Part shown: positions 18,723 to 29,189 of the stretch, piece by piece
Layout of the letters: each line of letters begins with the position of its first letter
Position numbering within the stretch: the stretch's first letter is position 1
Assembly: GCA_964400145.1 (NCBI GenBank)
Contig: CAYNTF010000002.1
Coordinates: forward strand, 743-64,742
Direction of reading: 5' to 3'
DNA from: an uncultured Lachnospiraceae bacterium
GTDB lineage: Bacteria; Bacillota; Clostridia; Christensenellales; UBA1242
DNA length: 64,000 bases
Notes under the pieces: generated by a model
What the model was told of the DNA's origin: nothing
Database searches by the model: none
What the model saw: the letters and a program-made list of their open reading frames with translations, nothing else
Translations under genes and position numbers: made by a program

Positions 18723-21700
18723 TTATGCTTCACTTGAAGTTGCAATCTCGCCGAACAAATTGACATACAACTGACTTAACGCATCATACATTCCTGTGCT
18801 TCCTTGGTATGTGAAATTGTATGTGATATTGCAGGTGTATTTGCATTTCTCTGCCACATATTGATTTACCGAAATGCCAATTCCTCCAGTCAGTCCCACC
18901 GCGCTGTCACTTGTCGATGTTGAAGTTAAACTTGAAGTCAATGTCAAAATTCCAACTCCGTCAGCATTTTGACCTGACACCAAAGTTTCGGTTGCAGTGT
19001 CTGAATATGTGAGATTATACAGATAATTCTGTGCAGTCAAGGTGACATCTGTATAGCAAACAGTGTGCGTTCCTTGTGCTTCATTGAACCCAATCACGCC
19101 CCCAATGCCTATTGTTGCTGATGTGCCATAGTTATATGCCCCAGCGTGAATGTTGACATCAATTTCATTTTTATTTGTTTCACTTTCATCACTTTCTTGC
19201 TCAGCTGTCACATAAATAATCGAACTTGAAGCCACATACCCAGCAATTCCCCCAATGCCAATAAGACTTTGTTTAATTCCAATCGCGTTCAGGTCTGCAT
19301 CAACATAAACATCTTCAAATGTGACAAGTCCACCGCTTGCATTCAGAATATTTCCAACAATTCCACCCACAACAGAAAGCCCTGTCAAAGTGGCATTCAC
19401 AGTGATGTTTTTCAGAGTGACAGGTGCGGAAATTTCGCCGACAATTCCACCCAAAACTTCCACTGCCGTATCCGAACTTTCGGTGCTTACCACAATATCT
19501 TGCTCCATTGAAACATCTGTCAAACTTCCCCCGCTCATCAGTCCAGCAAAACCGCCGACCGCATCTGGAAGATATGGCGAAATCTTGAAGTTAGAGAATG
19601 TTTCGTCGCCAGAGATTGTCACATCGCTGACCATACCCTTACTCTCTCCTGCAACAAAACCTGCGTAGGAATAACCATTGAGCATCATGTCACTTTGCAC
19701 AAAAACCTCAACATTTTTCACGGTGACATTTTCGTCAATAAGCCCAAACATCAAGCCAGCCTTATCCGCAATTACAGAAACTGCTGTGTCAATGGTGCAA
19801 TTATTAATCGTTCCTGTGCCACTCAACACGCCAACAATCGCTCCGGCAAATGACTTACCCGAATAATCTGTTGAACCGTCATAAACATTGTCATTTGTTA
19901 TCACACTGTTTCTTGCAATGGCGCTGTAAGTGGAGTAGACATTTTGTATAGAGAAGTTGCCCGTAGTCAAACCAATCGCACCGCCCACAATGTTCTTTCC
20001 TGACACAACATTTCCTTCTTCGTTGTCGATATAGACATTATACACCACTCCGCCGTCCAATTTTCCAGCAATCGCGCCGACAACATCAGCGGACGCAAAG
20101 TTGACTTCTGACGGATTGTATGTGAAGTTCATAACTGTTCCGATTGCGTTCACATTCGAACTGTTGCCAATTTCGGCAAACAACCCAGCATACATCAAAG
20201 ACGCATCGCTGGAAATCAACTTGATGTCACTCAATGACATGAAGTTGCCTTCCAAATAACCCATAAACTTGACGGTATAAAGATCGCTGTTATACAAATA
20301 TTCGCTGTAATCAATATCATTGATGAAACGATAATAAGAATAGTTATACCCCGCCGAATTGCACTCTTGCAAGATATATTCTTCAAATTCTTCCGCAGAA
20401 CTTATAAGGATTGGATTGTATGTCGTGCCCAAGGCGTCACTTGTGTAGTTATAAACATATGTGACATAGGTCGCACCTGTTGATGAATCTGTTGATGTCA
20501 CTGCACCTGCATACTCTCTTTGTGAGAACGCCACAATGTTTGCTGAAACAAGTTCAATTCTTCCTGTGTTAAATTTTTTGCCCGAGAAGTTGGAAGAATC
20601 GCTGGAATACTTATTGAAGAACCATACGGAATTGATATTTCTTCCCTCAGAAACGGTGTAATTTGAAAAGTATTCATCAATATTGCCAAACTGTTCATCT
20701 GTCAATGCAAGGACATCAGAACAGTTGTTGGAAACATTTTGATTGACGCTGACTGTGTTCTTGTCTTCCGTTTTTGTGAAAGAAAGATAATAGCAATCAT
20801 AAAATCCGTCATCTTCTTCATCAATCTCATAAGTTCGAACAAAACCGAAATTGGACGAGTCGTCATTTCCAAGCACACTTGTTGAGAAACATCTTTCAAT
20901 TCTGCCCGTATTTTCATCGACAAAACCAGATGCGTAATAACCGCTGTTGGTCAAGAGAATGTTGGAATAGCAATCATAGATGCCACCACTGTTGGAGTAT
21001 ACAAACCCAGCAATTAAGCCTGTTGAGCGAATGACATTATCACTGCCTGTGTAATACAAATTGTTTTCATCGCCTGTCCCTTCTCCGCTCACATAAGAAG
21101 TGTAAATGTTTCCACTGTTGGTCAGAACAAACCCAGCAGTGTTGATTGACCTGCTTTGCGTTTCATTCACAAGGCTTCCACCGCGGAAATAAGAACTTGC
21201 AATATGTCCAGAATTTCGTGCGACAAATCCAGCAATGTTAACCTGCGTGTATATTGTGCTGATGCTTGAGCGAGAATTGGTGATATAGCCCGTGTTTTCT
21301 GCCACCAAACCTGCAACATAAGACGAAGAAACACTGCTTGAGAAGATAACCGACAAACTTGCCGTGCCAACTGAACCCACTTCACAATTTGTTATAATTC
21401 CATTGTTTTCACAAGCCAAAAGCCCGATATCAAAGGTTTCCACACTCATGTTGAAAGTGGTGTTTGAAAGAAGTTTAACTGTGACATTTTGCAAAATAGT
21501 GTCCGAACTTACCGTGCTGAACACGCCAACATCTGCTGTGTCAAAGTTATATGTTCCACTGAAATAGATGGAATATCCATTTCCGTCAAGTCCAGCAATG
21601 GCTGTTGAAATTGGTGTGAATTGTTCATAATCTGCATCGCTGGCGTTTGGCAAAACGATGTCTGCCAAAAGGATATACCAAGAGTCTTCTTCCATTGCCA

Positions 21701-24700
21701 AGAAGTCTTCGTATGTTTCAATAGGAATTGGACTGCTTTGAGTGCTTTGTTCATGCACGCTGAACGAAAATTCTGTGTAAATTTGATTTGCATTTGTTGA
21801 AGAAGACGAATAAGAATAGATACCACCCGACATTGTGTAATATGCTTGTGCCGAGAAGTAATATAACTCACTTGAAGGGTCATAAATTCGAATTGGAGTC
21901 ACTGTGAAAGAAGAAATCAAATAATAATCCGAAGTGATTGTCTTGCCTTGTTCAAGCAAATACGATTGATTGTTTTCATGCACTCTCCATTCAATGTTGT
22001 TTGTCATTTCATTCAAGAAAGTGTTGACTTCTGCCACAATGGTGGAATTGGACGAATCATATTCCAAGAAACTTGTGATATCAAATTCCAGAGTGTATGG
22101 ATTGCCAATGGCAACACTGATAACTTCGTTGCTCATTCCTTTGACAATGTCTTCATAGTTGCCATCAACATATGAATAATTGAGCACATATTCCATGATG
22201 TAAAGTTTCATCTCGTTTCTATATGTTTGCAAAACGCCGTCAACCGTTTTTTGAGCGGAGATATTTATTGTGACTTCATAGCCAGGACTGCTTTTGTCAT
22301 AGACAATGCTGGAACTTGTGACAGTGAGCACATAACTTCCAACCTGTCCAGCCACCGCTTGAATTGAAACATATTCACTGCTCACAGAAATGGTTGCATC
22401 TTGAAGTTCTTGCGTGGAGAAACCAAAGGAATCCAGCGTCAAATTATACGAAAGGCCACGCGCAACATAATAATGTTCCCCAAGTATTTCTTTATCTTCA
22501 ATAACAAGTTCAATGTAACTTGTAAGTTTTGTGGTCAAATAGATTGATGTTTCATACAAGTCATCGTTAGAGTCTGATGTCACGCTAACATCAAACGCCA
22601 TTTCAATGCCGTCGTCCACCCCGCTGGAAGAAAGATAGTAGGCAATATAAATTCTTCCATTATAGGTGTAAGTGTAATCACTGTCACCTCTTTCGTTCAA
22701 ACTTTCAAAGAAAGACATCATCTCTTCATAAGTGAAAGTGAGCGTGCCGTCAACATAAGTTCCGAAATTGGTTGCCAAAACATAATCTGTGCCCGTGTTG
22801 TATGCAAATGTCAATGTTGCAATTCCTGCACCAGCATAACTGTTGATATCACTGTTGGAAATGGTGAATGTGTTGAACCCTGCATCTGACGGGTCAAGTA
22901 TAATTTCCAAAAGTCCGCGTTGCATTGGAACGATAACTTCATCGGTCGCAGAAACATCATTTATGCTGGAATAATTGTTCACAGTGATGTTGCCGATTGA
23001 CGCTTCATCCAAAGTGACTCTGAAATAGCACGATTCTCCATTTTTAAGTTCGCTGGCATAGAAAGTGAAGATGTATTCACCGTATATACTTTCGCTGGCA
23101 CGATTTTTGTATGCATCACTTTCTTTATTAACAGAACAAGTGATGTCAAAGACATTTGTTTCTTCGCGTCTGGTGATTGTTATGTCAAACAAGTCAGAAT
23201 TTGTTGTTGAGTTGATGTATTTTTCATAACTGTCAACCGATTTTCCATCAATATAATACATCCCCACAACAGTTGGAATTCTGCTCTGCACTGTCAGTCT
23301 TGTTGGACCTGTGATTTCATAGAACAACAAATCTTCTGGATTGGAAGATGTGATTGAAATTGTTTCCGTGAACGAAGTGTTTGTTTGCAACGAATTTTTG
23401 AGATTTTTGCTGTAAAGCGCCGTCGCTGTTTCTTGGTATTCCAAAGTCAAACTGATTCGAGAAGCCGAAAGATAATAATAGACAGTTTCACCATTGCTGA
23501 GCGTAACTTCAATCACAGGAACAAGAGTGTATATGTCTTTGTCACCAGCAGTTGCACTTGATGACGACTTGAAGAAAGTGATTGTTTGCTTGTTCACTTG
23601 CACAGATGAGAAATTTCCTGATTCATCCAACACATATCCATTTTGGTCGACCTTGATATACTTCCCGTTGTAATAAACATAGAAGTTTCCATCATTGTCA
23701 ACTGCGTAACCGTTTTCATCCTCTGTCACATTCAGGTCATTGATTGTTTCTTCTGCCAAATCGACATATTTCACAAAATAATCGGTGGAATATTGCAAAC
23801 AGGACTCAGCCGAAATTTGTGTGTTTTTCGCCAAGTAATAGCTCACACCTTGATATTGCAAAATTCCATTTTGACTGATTGAATATGAAACTCCATTAAC
23901 ATCTTCGCCATCTTGCAATGAATAAGTTGGCACAACATAAATGCTGGAATAGGAATCTCCATAAATTATTCTTGTGCTTCCGTCACTGATGTTTGTTCCA
24001 GAAGTTGATGTCGAGTCATAGAAAATCGACACTGATATATTGCTGTCAAAATAGTTGACAACATAGATGTAAATTTTTTGCGAATTATTGACATTTAAAA
24101 TGCTGGAAAGCGTGATTTCTGCCGAACCCGTCCCGCTCACCGTGATGTTTCCATTGCTATCAACCGACAAAATTCCCGATGTTGACGCCGAAATGGACAC
24201 ATCTTGACTTGTGAGTGAGAAAGGATAGAACTGAGAATTTGGAGTGAAATAGTTGAGCGCGGTGATGTTATCCTGCGCGGAATTTCCCATTTCTCCTGAC
24301 AAATCGTCAGTCACTTGGAAATAAAACATTAAAAAGGCATAGATGTCAGCGGAATCACTGACTAATTGAAGTCCACCGTCTCCCAACTCAATTTTAACAG
24401 AAGCCGAAGTGAAGCAATAAGCATTTTCAATCACATAAGTTGATTTGTCTATGACAAGATAGTCCCCATAATATAAATCTGTGCTTGTAAAATCCGAAGC
24501 CACATCTTCACCTTCACTAAACTCTATCTTTGTTCGCGATAGATAAGAATAAGAAGAGAAAGTTGCACCAGAACCAGAATATTCGCGCTCGTTTATTGAA
24601 GTCTTATAATTTCCAATCGCATAATAATACTCATAATTCCCTTCGCTCACACTTGACGAAGTGCTGTTTGTTCGAATTATGCTTGCAGCATAGAATGCTC

Positions 24701-27700
24701 CCCTGGCATCATCCACTGCCTGAATGATATTTTCCGTTCCAAAAACGGTCAATCTATCCTCATTATAGCCAGTACTGCCAGATGGATATGTGTCATAACC
24801 AACAATTCCGCCAACATAATAATTCCCACGCAAGAACACACGCGATGTGTTGGCAAGAATTTTGATTCCCGAGATGTTCTTTGTGTCAACAAGCCCGGCA
24901 ATTCCACCCACACTGTCAGTGCCTGAAGTGAAAGAAACACCAAGGGTGTCAATCTCTCCACCCACAAGAAGATTTGAAAGAGTGTTTCCACTGCCACTAT
25001 TTAAGTAGGTCACATATCCAACAATTCCGCCAACATTTATATTGCCAGAAGTTGTGCCGGTCACTTTAATCAGTGTATATGCCGAATAGCCGGTGTATCC
25101 ATACATTTTATAATCAGGATCCTTTGGTGAAATTCGTTTGATGACATAATAAGACAAGCCTGCCACCCCGCCAGCATGGACAGTGGCATTTTCGCTCACA
25201 TCGATGTTAACAAAATCATTAAAATAAGCCAAGTTTTTGGAAGTCATGCCTGTGAAGTTGGTATCGCCATCGGCATAAACGTATGTTCCGTCATATTTGG
25301 TGAAATCTTGCGATATTGTGCCACTATTCACACCAACAAGTCCGCCAAAATAGAGCGTTCCACCACTGACAGTCAAACCGTCATCACTTCCATTTATCGT
25401 TGCACCAACATTGGTCAATGTTCCTTTATTTTGCGCTGCCAAAAGACCAACATATGCTTGCGAAGTTATCTCCGTTTGAAGAGATATTGTCCCTGAAATT
25501 GAAATATTTTCAATGGATGCTCCTTCATTGATAATCGCAAAAAGTCCTGAATACACATTGTATGTGAAATTGCTGTCCGTTATATTCACATTTGTTATTG
25601 CAGACTGTGAACTTGTTCCAACAATCGAGCCACTGAATCCAACCTCTGCGCCATCTATAATGCCAATAGGTGTGGCATTTGTCACACTTGACATATCAAT
25701 CGTCGAACTGATTTCATAATGCATTTGCAAGGTCGTTTCGCTGGAATTTATCGCAAGCAAGTCGGAAGCATCTTCCAAAAGATATGGATTAGCTTTTGAC
25801 CCGTTACGATATCTCACCGAAATCACGATTGGACTGAATTCAGAACTTATCACAGAGATTGACTCGCCCCATTCAGAAGGATAAATATATATAGTTCCAG
25901 AAAGGAGATCTTCTATTGTCATTATGTTATCTATGTTCGCCTGATAGAAACTCTCTGCTGAAAGCGTAACCAAGAACAATCCGCTTCCAAGCGAAGTGAC
26001 TGACGAAGTGACTGACAATGCCACCGAAGCAGAGCTTGAAGTTGAAGGCACAAAATCAACCTTTGGAGCCACCTCGATGTTTGTGGCAGTTGATGGATAA
26101 AGTGACACTATCATGCTGTATGTCAAATCATTGTTTGAAAAATTGATTTCTGTCACACTTGAAAGCAAAGATATATTGGTCACAGGCTGAAATTGGCTGA
26201 TTGTTATATTTGCGTCAAATCTTCTCGTCACACCGCGTTGACTTAACATTGACCTTAAAATCAGGCTATACGCCGAAGTGTATGTGTTTGTATATGTCAA
26301 AGTGTCCACATCAAAAGTTCCGTAATCGCCCGCCAAAGAGAAAGAATTTGAAAAGACAACTGTGATTGTGACTGTTTGTTCGTCTGCTGTGACATACTCA
26401 AAACTAATTTCGTCAGAATAGAACATCAGACCATTATCAAAGGTCAAAGTGACAATTTTCGAAGAAACATTATTGACATAAAAAGTCACTGTCGTCACGG
26501 TTGTGAACGCGCTTCCATCATCATGAAGAGCATAGAAATATATAAATTTCTTGTCATAAGTGCTGTAATTCATCACCTGTGAATAGAAATTGTCATAACC
26601 TTTTGCTTTGGTGATTTCAAATCTTGCGCCATCACTGTAATTTTCTGCGTTTTCATAGATTTGAGTCAAACCAGCCTCAGAAAACTGTATTTGCAGGAAA
26701 TTCATGGCACTGGTGTTGTCAACATAAGCAGAATATTGCACCGAAGAGTCCACCGAAACCGACACATCTGTGGTGTAATAGAGTGTGGTGTTCAAAGCAT
26801 AGTTGCCCCCAACTTGCAAGCGATATTCGTTCACGATGGAATAAGAATAGATGTTCACATAAATGGTGAAAGTTTCTATTGAATAATTAAAGTTGGTTAT
26901 TTGATAGCCACTCACATTAATGGTCATTTGTGCATATCCGTCCGCAATGGTGCTGAGCATGAAAGTTGAATCACTCTGCGTAACAGAAGCCACACCCATA
27001 GGTCTTACAAGAGTCAATTCAGTGTAATTTGCCGAAATCACGAACTTTGCCGTTTGTCCATAGGTTGTTGAACTTCCGTCAAAAACATTTTGAATTTCAA
27101 CAGTGAGCACATTTTCAAAATCTGAGTTTGAGGTTGCACTCAATGAATACGCACGAACAGAACCATTGTCTTCATTTGTAAGTCTGATGCTGGTGGATTC
27201 TGCGTCAAGCACTTGAACACAGTTGAAGGTTATCTGAATGCTTGCACCTGTGTCAAGCAAAATTTTATATACCCCCGTGCCGACAGCCTTTGGAGTGACA
27301 GTCAAGTTTAGATAATATCTTCCCGAACTCTCGTCATAAGTGTATGGCTCGGAAGCGACTGTGAAGTTGACAACATCGGTTTGTCCCACCAAGCTCACTG
27401 AAATCGTTTTGAAAAGAAATTCTGTATAAAGTTGATTGCTGAATTCAACAGAACCGCCAGAATAATCGATATACAAACCATCTGAGTTATAATTATCATC
27501 AATCCAAATTGTTGTTGCAGCGTCGACAATTTCATAGTTTATTTCCACATATCCAGCACCATCCCAAAGTTGTTTCCAATCAGTTTCGTTGGCAATCGAA
27601 CTTTGCACATACACTTTGATTGTCGCTGCGTCGATTGTTGTTCCTTTGCCACGAACATAAATTGACATCGAAAGGTCGGTTATCAGTGTTCCGCTTGAAA

Positions 27701-29111
27701 TTCTGGTGTTATTATACATAACATCAATCAAATCGGAGTCAAACACCAAATATACTCCTTCAATATATGGGTCGGTTCCGCAATCTGAAAGCACATCAAT
27801 TCTCAGTTCTTCCCAACCATAATCTTCAAGCGCATTGCTGTATAGCGTCAAATCTTCAGGAGAAGTCATTTCGTTGACGGTGATTCTTGTCGGAGCAATT
27901 TGTATGGAAACAGAGAAATTTGTGCTGAAATTTATGTTTTCGTCTGCGATATTTTGCGCCAAACTGTAATATATGTTAAGCGAAATCTCGGTTGAAGAAT
28001 TCACCTGTGAGTTTTGAGAAATAAGAAAATACAGCACCTTGTTATCGCCGTCTTCTTCGTTGCTGTCGTCAAAATAGTATCTGTTTATCTCCACATTAGA
28101 GTTTGATGAACTCAATGAAAAGACAATATCAAAATCGTTGTCAATATCCGACATTTCCACTTTCACAAGATAACTTGACATATATGTGCTTCTTGGCACA
28201 ATGACAATTTCTTCTGGAACATCTTCGAATACGATTGAACTTGGGTCAGTCACAGTTTCATCACTTTGCAAATAAACTCCCTGCACAGTTGCAGAAAGGT
28301 CAGCAAGAACATAGACTGTGGCATGAGCATATATAATATCCCCCTGTTCAGCCTGCATTGAACTTGTGTAAACTGCCATAAATTCAATTTCACTGTCTTT
28401 GCTGATTTCGGTCGTTTCACCGTTATAGACCAAATATAATGCGCCATCTTCACCGATAGTCATGCTTTCAAACTGATAGATGTTGCGTTCAATCGGTTCG
28501 GCAGAACCATCATTGAAATAACCGACACCGCTTTCAACATCAATGCTGACCAAATCGTATCTCGCAAAAAATGTGGCATAATCTGTGTCATTGATTTCGC
28601 TGAGTTCAACATAAAAATACGACAAATCTCTCACCGTGGTGTTTGGGTCAAAAGTGAACATGTTATAATTCGGAACAAAATCGGTGCTTTCAGAAACATA
28701 AAGCACTTGATTGTTTGTCGTCATTGAACTTGTCAGTTGCGTCACAGAAACTTCAATGTCACACTGTTTTTGTCCTTCCACTGAAACAACAGAAAGCGTT
28801 CCAGACCCACCAGCAACTGCCGTCACAGTGATTTGAAATTGCGTGTCGCTCACATAATTTGGCTCGCTATACGAAAAGACATTCACATCACCATTCACTT
28901 CAACTTTGTTACTGAACCCGCTTTGATAGCCTTCAATAGTGAAAGTTATCGTTGTGCTTTCACCAACCGACAACTCAATTCCGCCGTCAACATTGGCAAC
29001 AATTTGTATTTTGGAATAATCAACACCACATCCGGCAATAAAAACGCCTGCAAACATGAACATGAATGCACCCAAAACACTTATTAAAACATTTTTCAAT
29101 ATTTTTGCCAT
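18723..29111 (-). CDS. giant surface lipoprotein with Ig-like N-terminal domains and three GLUG-type repeat modules (GP1, 3,462 aa from the ATG)
   Basis: The ORF-track start at 29162 is a GTG without an SD. I prefer the ATG at 29111 (MAKILKN), preceded by AGGAAAC. Signal peptide with lipobox FIAG-C (Cys codon 29028-29030). Big_2-like segment ELSVGESTTITFTIEG...TVTAVAGGSGTLSV. Repeated GLUG-like units (YFGGLVGVNSGTISQDF, IAGFVARNSGHIASSYF, TAGFVLTNSGNIYTSYV, IAGFVYSNSGGIYDCYS, SGFVDENTGRIERCFS, VGGAIGLTTGNFSIQNVYS, GGIVGNILNASG). No LPXTG or other C-terminal anchor seen. Confidence 0.8.
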   Translation of the reverse strand: MAKILKNVLISVLGAFMFMFAGVFIAGCGVDYSKIQIVANVDGGIELSVGESTTITFTIEGYQSGFSNKVEVNGDVNVFSYSEPNYVSDTQFQITVTAVAGGSGTLSVVSVEGQKQCDIEVSVTQLTSSMTTNNQVLYVSESTDFVPNYNMFTFDPNTTVRDLSYFYVELSEINDTDYATFFARYDLVSIDVESGVGYFNDGSAEPIERNIYQFESMTIGEDGALYLVYNGETTEISKDSEIEFMAVYTSSMQAEQGDIIYAHATVYVLADLSATVQGVYLQSDETVTDPSSIVFEDVPEEIVIVPRSTYMSSYLVKVEMSDIDNDFDIVFSLSSSNSNVEINRYYFDDSNEEDGDNKVLYFLISQNSQVNSSTEISLNIYYSLAQNIADENINFSTNFSVSIQIAPTRITVNEMTSPEDLTLYSNALEDYGWEELRIDVLSDCGTDPYIEGVYLVFDSDLIDVMYNNTRISSGTLITDLSMSIYVRGKGTTIDAATIKVYVQSSIANETDWKQLWDGAGYVEINYEIVDAATTIWIDDNYNSDGLYIDYSGGSVEFSNQLYTEFLFKTISVSLVGQTDVVNFTVASEPYTYDESSGRYYLNLTVTPKAVGTGVYKILLDTGASIQITFNCVQVLDAESTSIRLTNEDNGSVRAYSLSATSNSDFENVLTVEIQNVFDGSSTTYGQTAKFVISANYTELTLVRPMGVASVTQSDSTFMLSTIADGYAQMTINVSGYQITNFNYSIETFTIYVNIYSYSIVNEYRLQVGGNYALNTTLYYTTDVSVSVDSSVQYSAYVDNTSAMNFLQIQFSEAGLTQIYENAENYSDGARFEITKAKGYDNFYSQVMNYSTYDKKFIYFYALHDDGSAFTTVTTVTFYVNNVSSKIVTLTFDNGLMFYSDEISFEYVTADEQTVTITVVFSNSFSLAGDYGTFDVDTLTYTNTYTSAYSLILRSMLSQRGVTRRFDANITISQFQPVTNISLLSSVTEINFSNNDLTYSMIVSLYPSTATNIEVAPKVDFVPSTSSSASVALSVTSSVTSLGSGLFLVTLSAESFYQANIDNIMTIEDLLSGTIYIYPSEWGESISVISSEFSPIVISVRYRNGSKANPYLLEDASDLLAINSSETTLQMHYEISSTIDMSSVTNATPIGIIDGAEVGFSGSIVGTSSQSAITNVNITDSNFTYNVYSGLFAIINEGASIENISISGTISLQTEITSQAYVGLLAAQNKGTLTNVGATINGSDDGLTVSGGTLYFGGLVGVNSGTISQDFTKYDGTYVYADGDTNFTGMTSKNLAYFNDFVNIDVSENATVHAGGVAGLSYYVIKRISPKDPDYKMYGYTGYSAYTLIKVTGTTSGNINVGGIVGYVTYLNSGSGNTLSNLLVGGEIDTLGVSFTSGTDSVGGIAGLVDTKNISGIKILANTSRVFLRGNYYVGGIVGYDTYPSGSTGYNEDRLTVFGTENIIQAVDDARGAFYAASIIRTNSTSSSVSEGNYEYYYAIGNYKTSINEREYSGSGATFSSYSYLSRTKIEFSEGEDVASDFTSTDLYYGDYLVIDKSTYVIENAYCFTSASVKIELGDGGLQLVSDSADIYAFLMFYFQVTDDLSGEMGNSAQDNITALNYFTPNSQFYPFSLTSQDVSISASTSGILSVDSNGNITVSGTGSAEITLSSILNVNNSQKIYIYVVNYFDSNISVSIFYDSTSTSGTNISDGSTRIIYGDSYSSIYVVPTYSLQDGEDVNGVSYSISQNGILQYQGVSYYLAKNTQISAESCLQYSTDYFVKYVDLAEETINDLNVTEDENGYAVDNDGNFYVYYNGKYIKVDQNGYVLDESGNFSSVQVNKQTITFFKSSSSATAGDKDIYTLVPVIEVTLSNGETVYYYLSASRISLTLEYQETATALYSKNLKNSLQTNTSFTETISITSSNPEDLLFYEITGPTRLTVQSRIPTVVGMYYIDGKSVDSYEKYINSTTNSDLFDITITRREETNVFDITCSVNKESDAYKNRASESIYGEYIFTFYASELKNGESCYFRVTLDEASIGNITVNNYSSINDVSATDEVIVPMQRGLLEIILDPSDAGFNTFTISNSDINSYAGAGIATLTFAYNTGTDYVLATNFGTYVDGTLTFTYEEMMSFFESLNERGDSDYTYTYNGRIYIAYYLSSSGVDDGIEMAFDVSVTSDSNDDLYETSIYLTTKLTSYIELVIEDKEILGEHYYVARGLSYNLTLDSFGFSTQELQDATISVSSEYVSIQAVAGQVGSYVLTVTSSSIVYDKSSPGYEVTINISAQKTVDGVLQTYRNEMKLYIMEYVLNYSYVDGNYEDIVKGMSNEVISVAIGNPYTLEFDITSFLEYDSSNSTIVAEVNTFLNEMTNNIEWRVHENNQSYLLEQGKTITSDYYLISSFTVTPIRIYDPSSELYYFSAQAYYTMSGGIYSYSSSSTNANQIYTEFSFSVHEQSTQSSPIPIETYEDFLAMEEDSWYILLADIVLPNASDADYEQFTPISTAIAGLDGNGYSIYFSGTYNFDTADVGVFSTVSSDTILQNVTVKLLSNTTFNMSVETFDIGLLACENNGIITNCEVGSVGTASLSVIFSSSVSSSYVAGLVAENTGYITNSRSSISTIYTQVNIAGFVARNSGHIASSYFRGGSLVNETQSRSINTAGFVLTNSGNIYTSYVSGEGTGDENNLYYTGSDNVIRSTGLIAGFVYSNSGGIYDCYSNILLTNSGYYASGFVDENTGRIERCFSTSVLGNDDSSNFGFVRTYEIDEEDDGFYDCYYLSFTKTEDKNTVSVNQNVSNNCSDVLALTDEQFGNIDEYFSNYTVSEGRNINSVWFFNKYSSDSSNFSGKKFNTGRIELVSANIVAFSQREYAGAVTSTDSSTGATYVTYVYNYTSDALGTTYNPILISSAEEFEEYILQECNSAGYNYSYYRFINDIDYSEYLYNSDLYTVKFMGYLEGNFMSLSDIKLISSDASLMYAGLFAEIGNSSNVNAIGTVMNFTYNPSEVNFASADVVGAIAGKLDGGVVYNVYIDNEEGNVVSGKNIVGGAIGLTTGNFSIQNVYSTYSAIARNSVITNDNVYDGSTDYSGKSFAGAIVGVLSGTGTINNCTIDTAVSVIADKAGLMFGLIDENVTVKNVEVFVQSDMMLNGYSYAGFVAGESKGMVSDVTISGDETFSNFKISPYLPDAVGGFAGLMSGGSLTDVSMEQDIVVSTESSDTAVEVLGGIVGEISAPVTLKNITVNATLTGLSVVGGIVGNILNASGGLVTFEDVYVDADLNAIGIKQSLIGIGGIAGYVASSSIIYVTAEQESDESETNKNEIDVNIHAGAYNYGTSATIGIGGVIGFNEAQGTHTVCYTDVTLTAQNYLYNLTYSDTATETLVSGQNADGVGILTLTSSLTSTSTSDSAVGLTGGIGISVNQYVAEKCKYTCNITYNFTYQGSTGMYDALSQLYVNLFGEIATSSEA

Positions 29112-29189
29112 ATGTTTCCTTTTTTTGTCTTTTGGTTTAAGTTTTGTCACATATTCTTTCACATTTAAGCCACAAAATTTTCATGCATA

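Noticed and set aside
29112-29162. A 17-codon N-terminal extension of GP1 (MKEYVTKLKPKDKKRKH) from a GTG start. Similarly, alternative-start extensions of uvrB (TTG 43742), gatA (10456), the MBL hydrolase (38385), the radC-like gene (45804) and the RHH gene (3244).
   Set aside because: Each extension lacks an SD or collides with a -10 box or the upstream gene. In each case an internal ATG has a proper SD, coupling overlap or leaderless geometry and gives the canonical family N-terminus.
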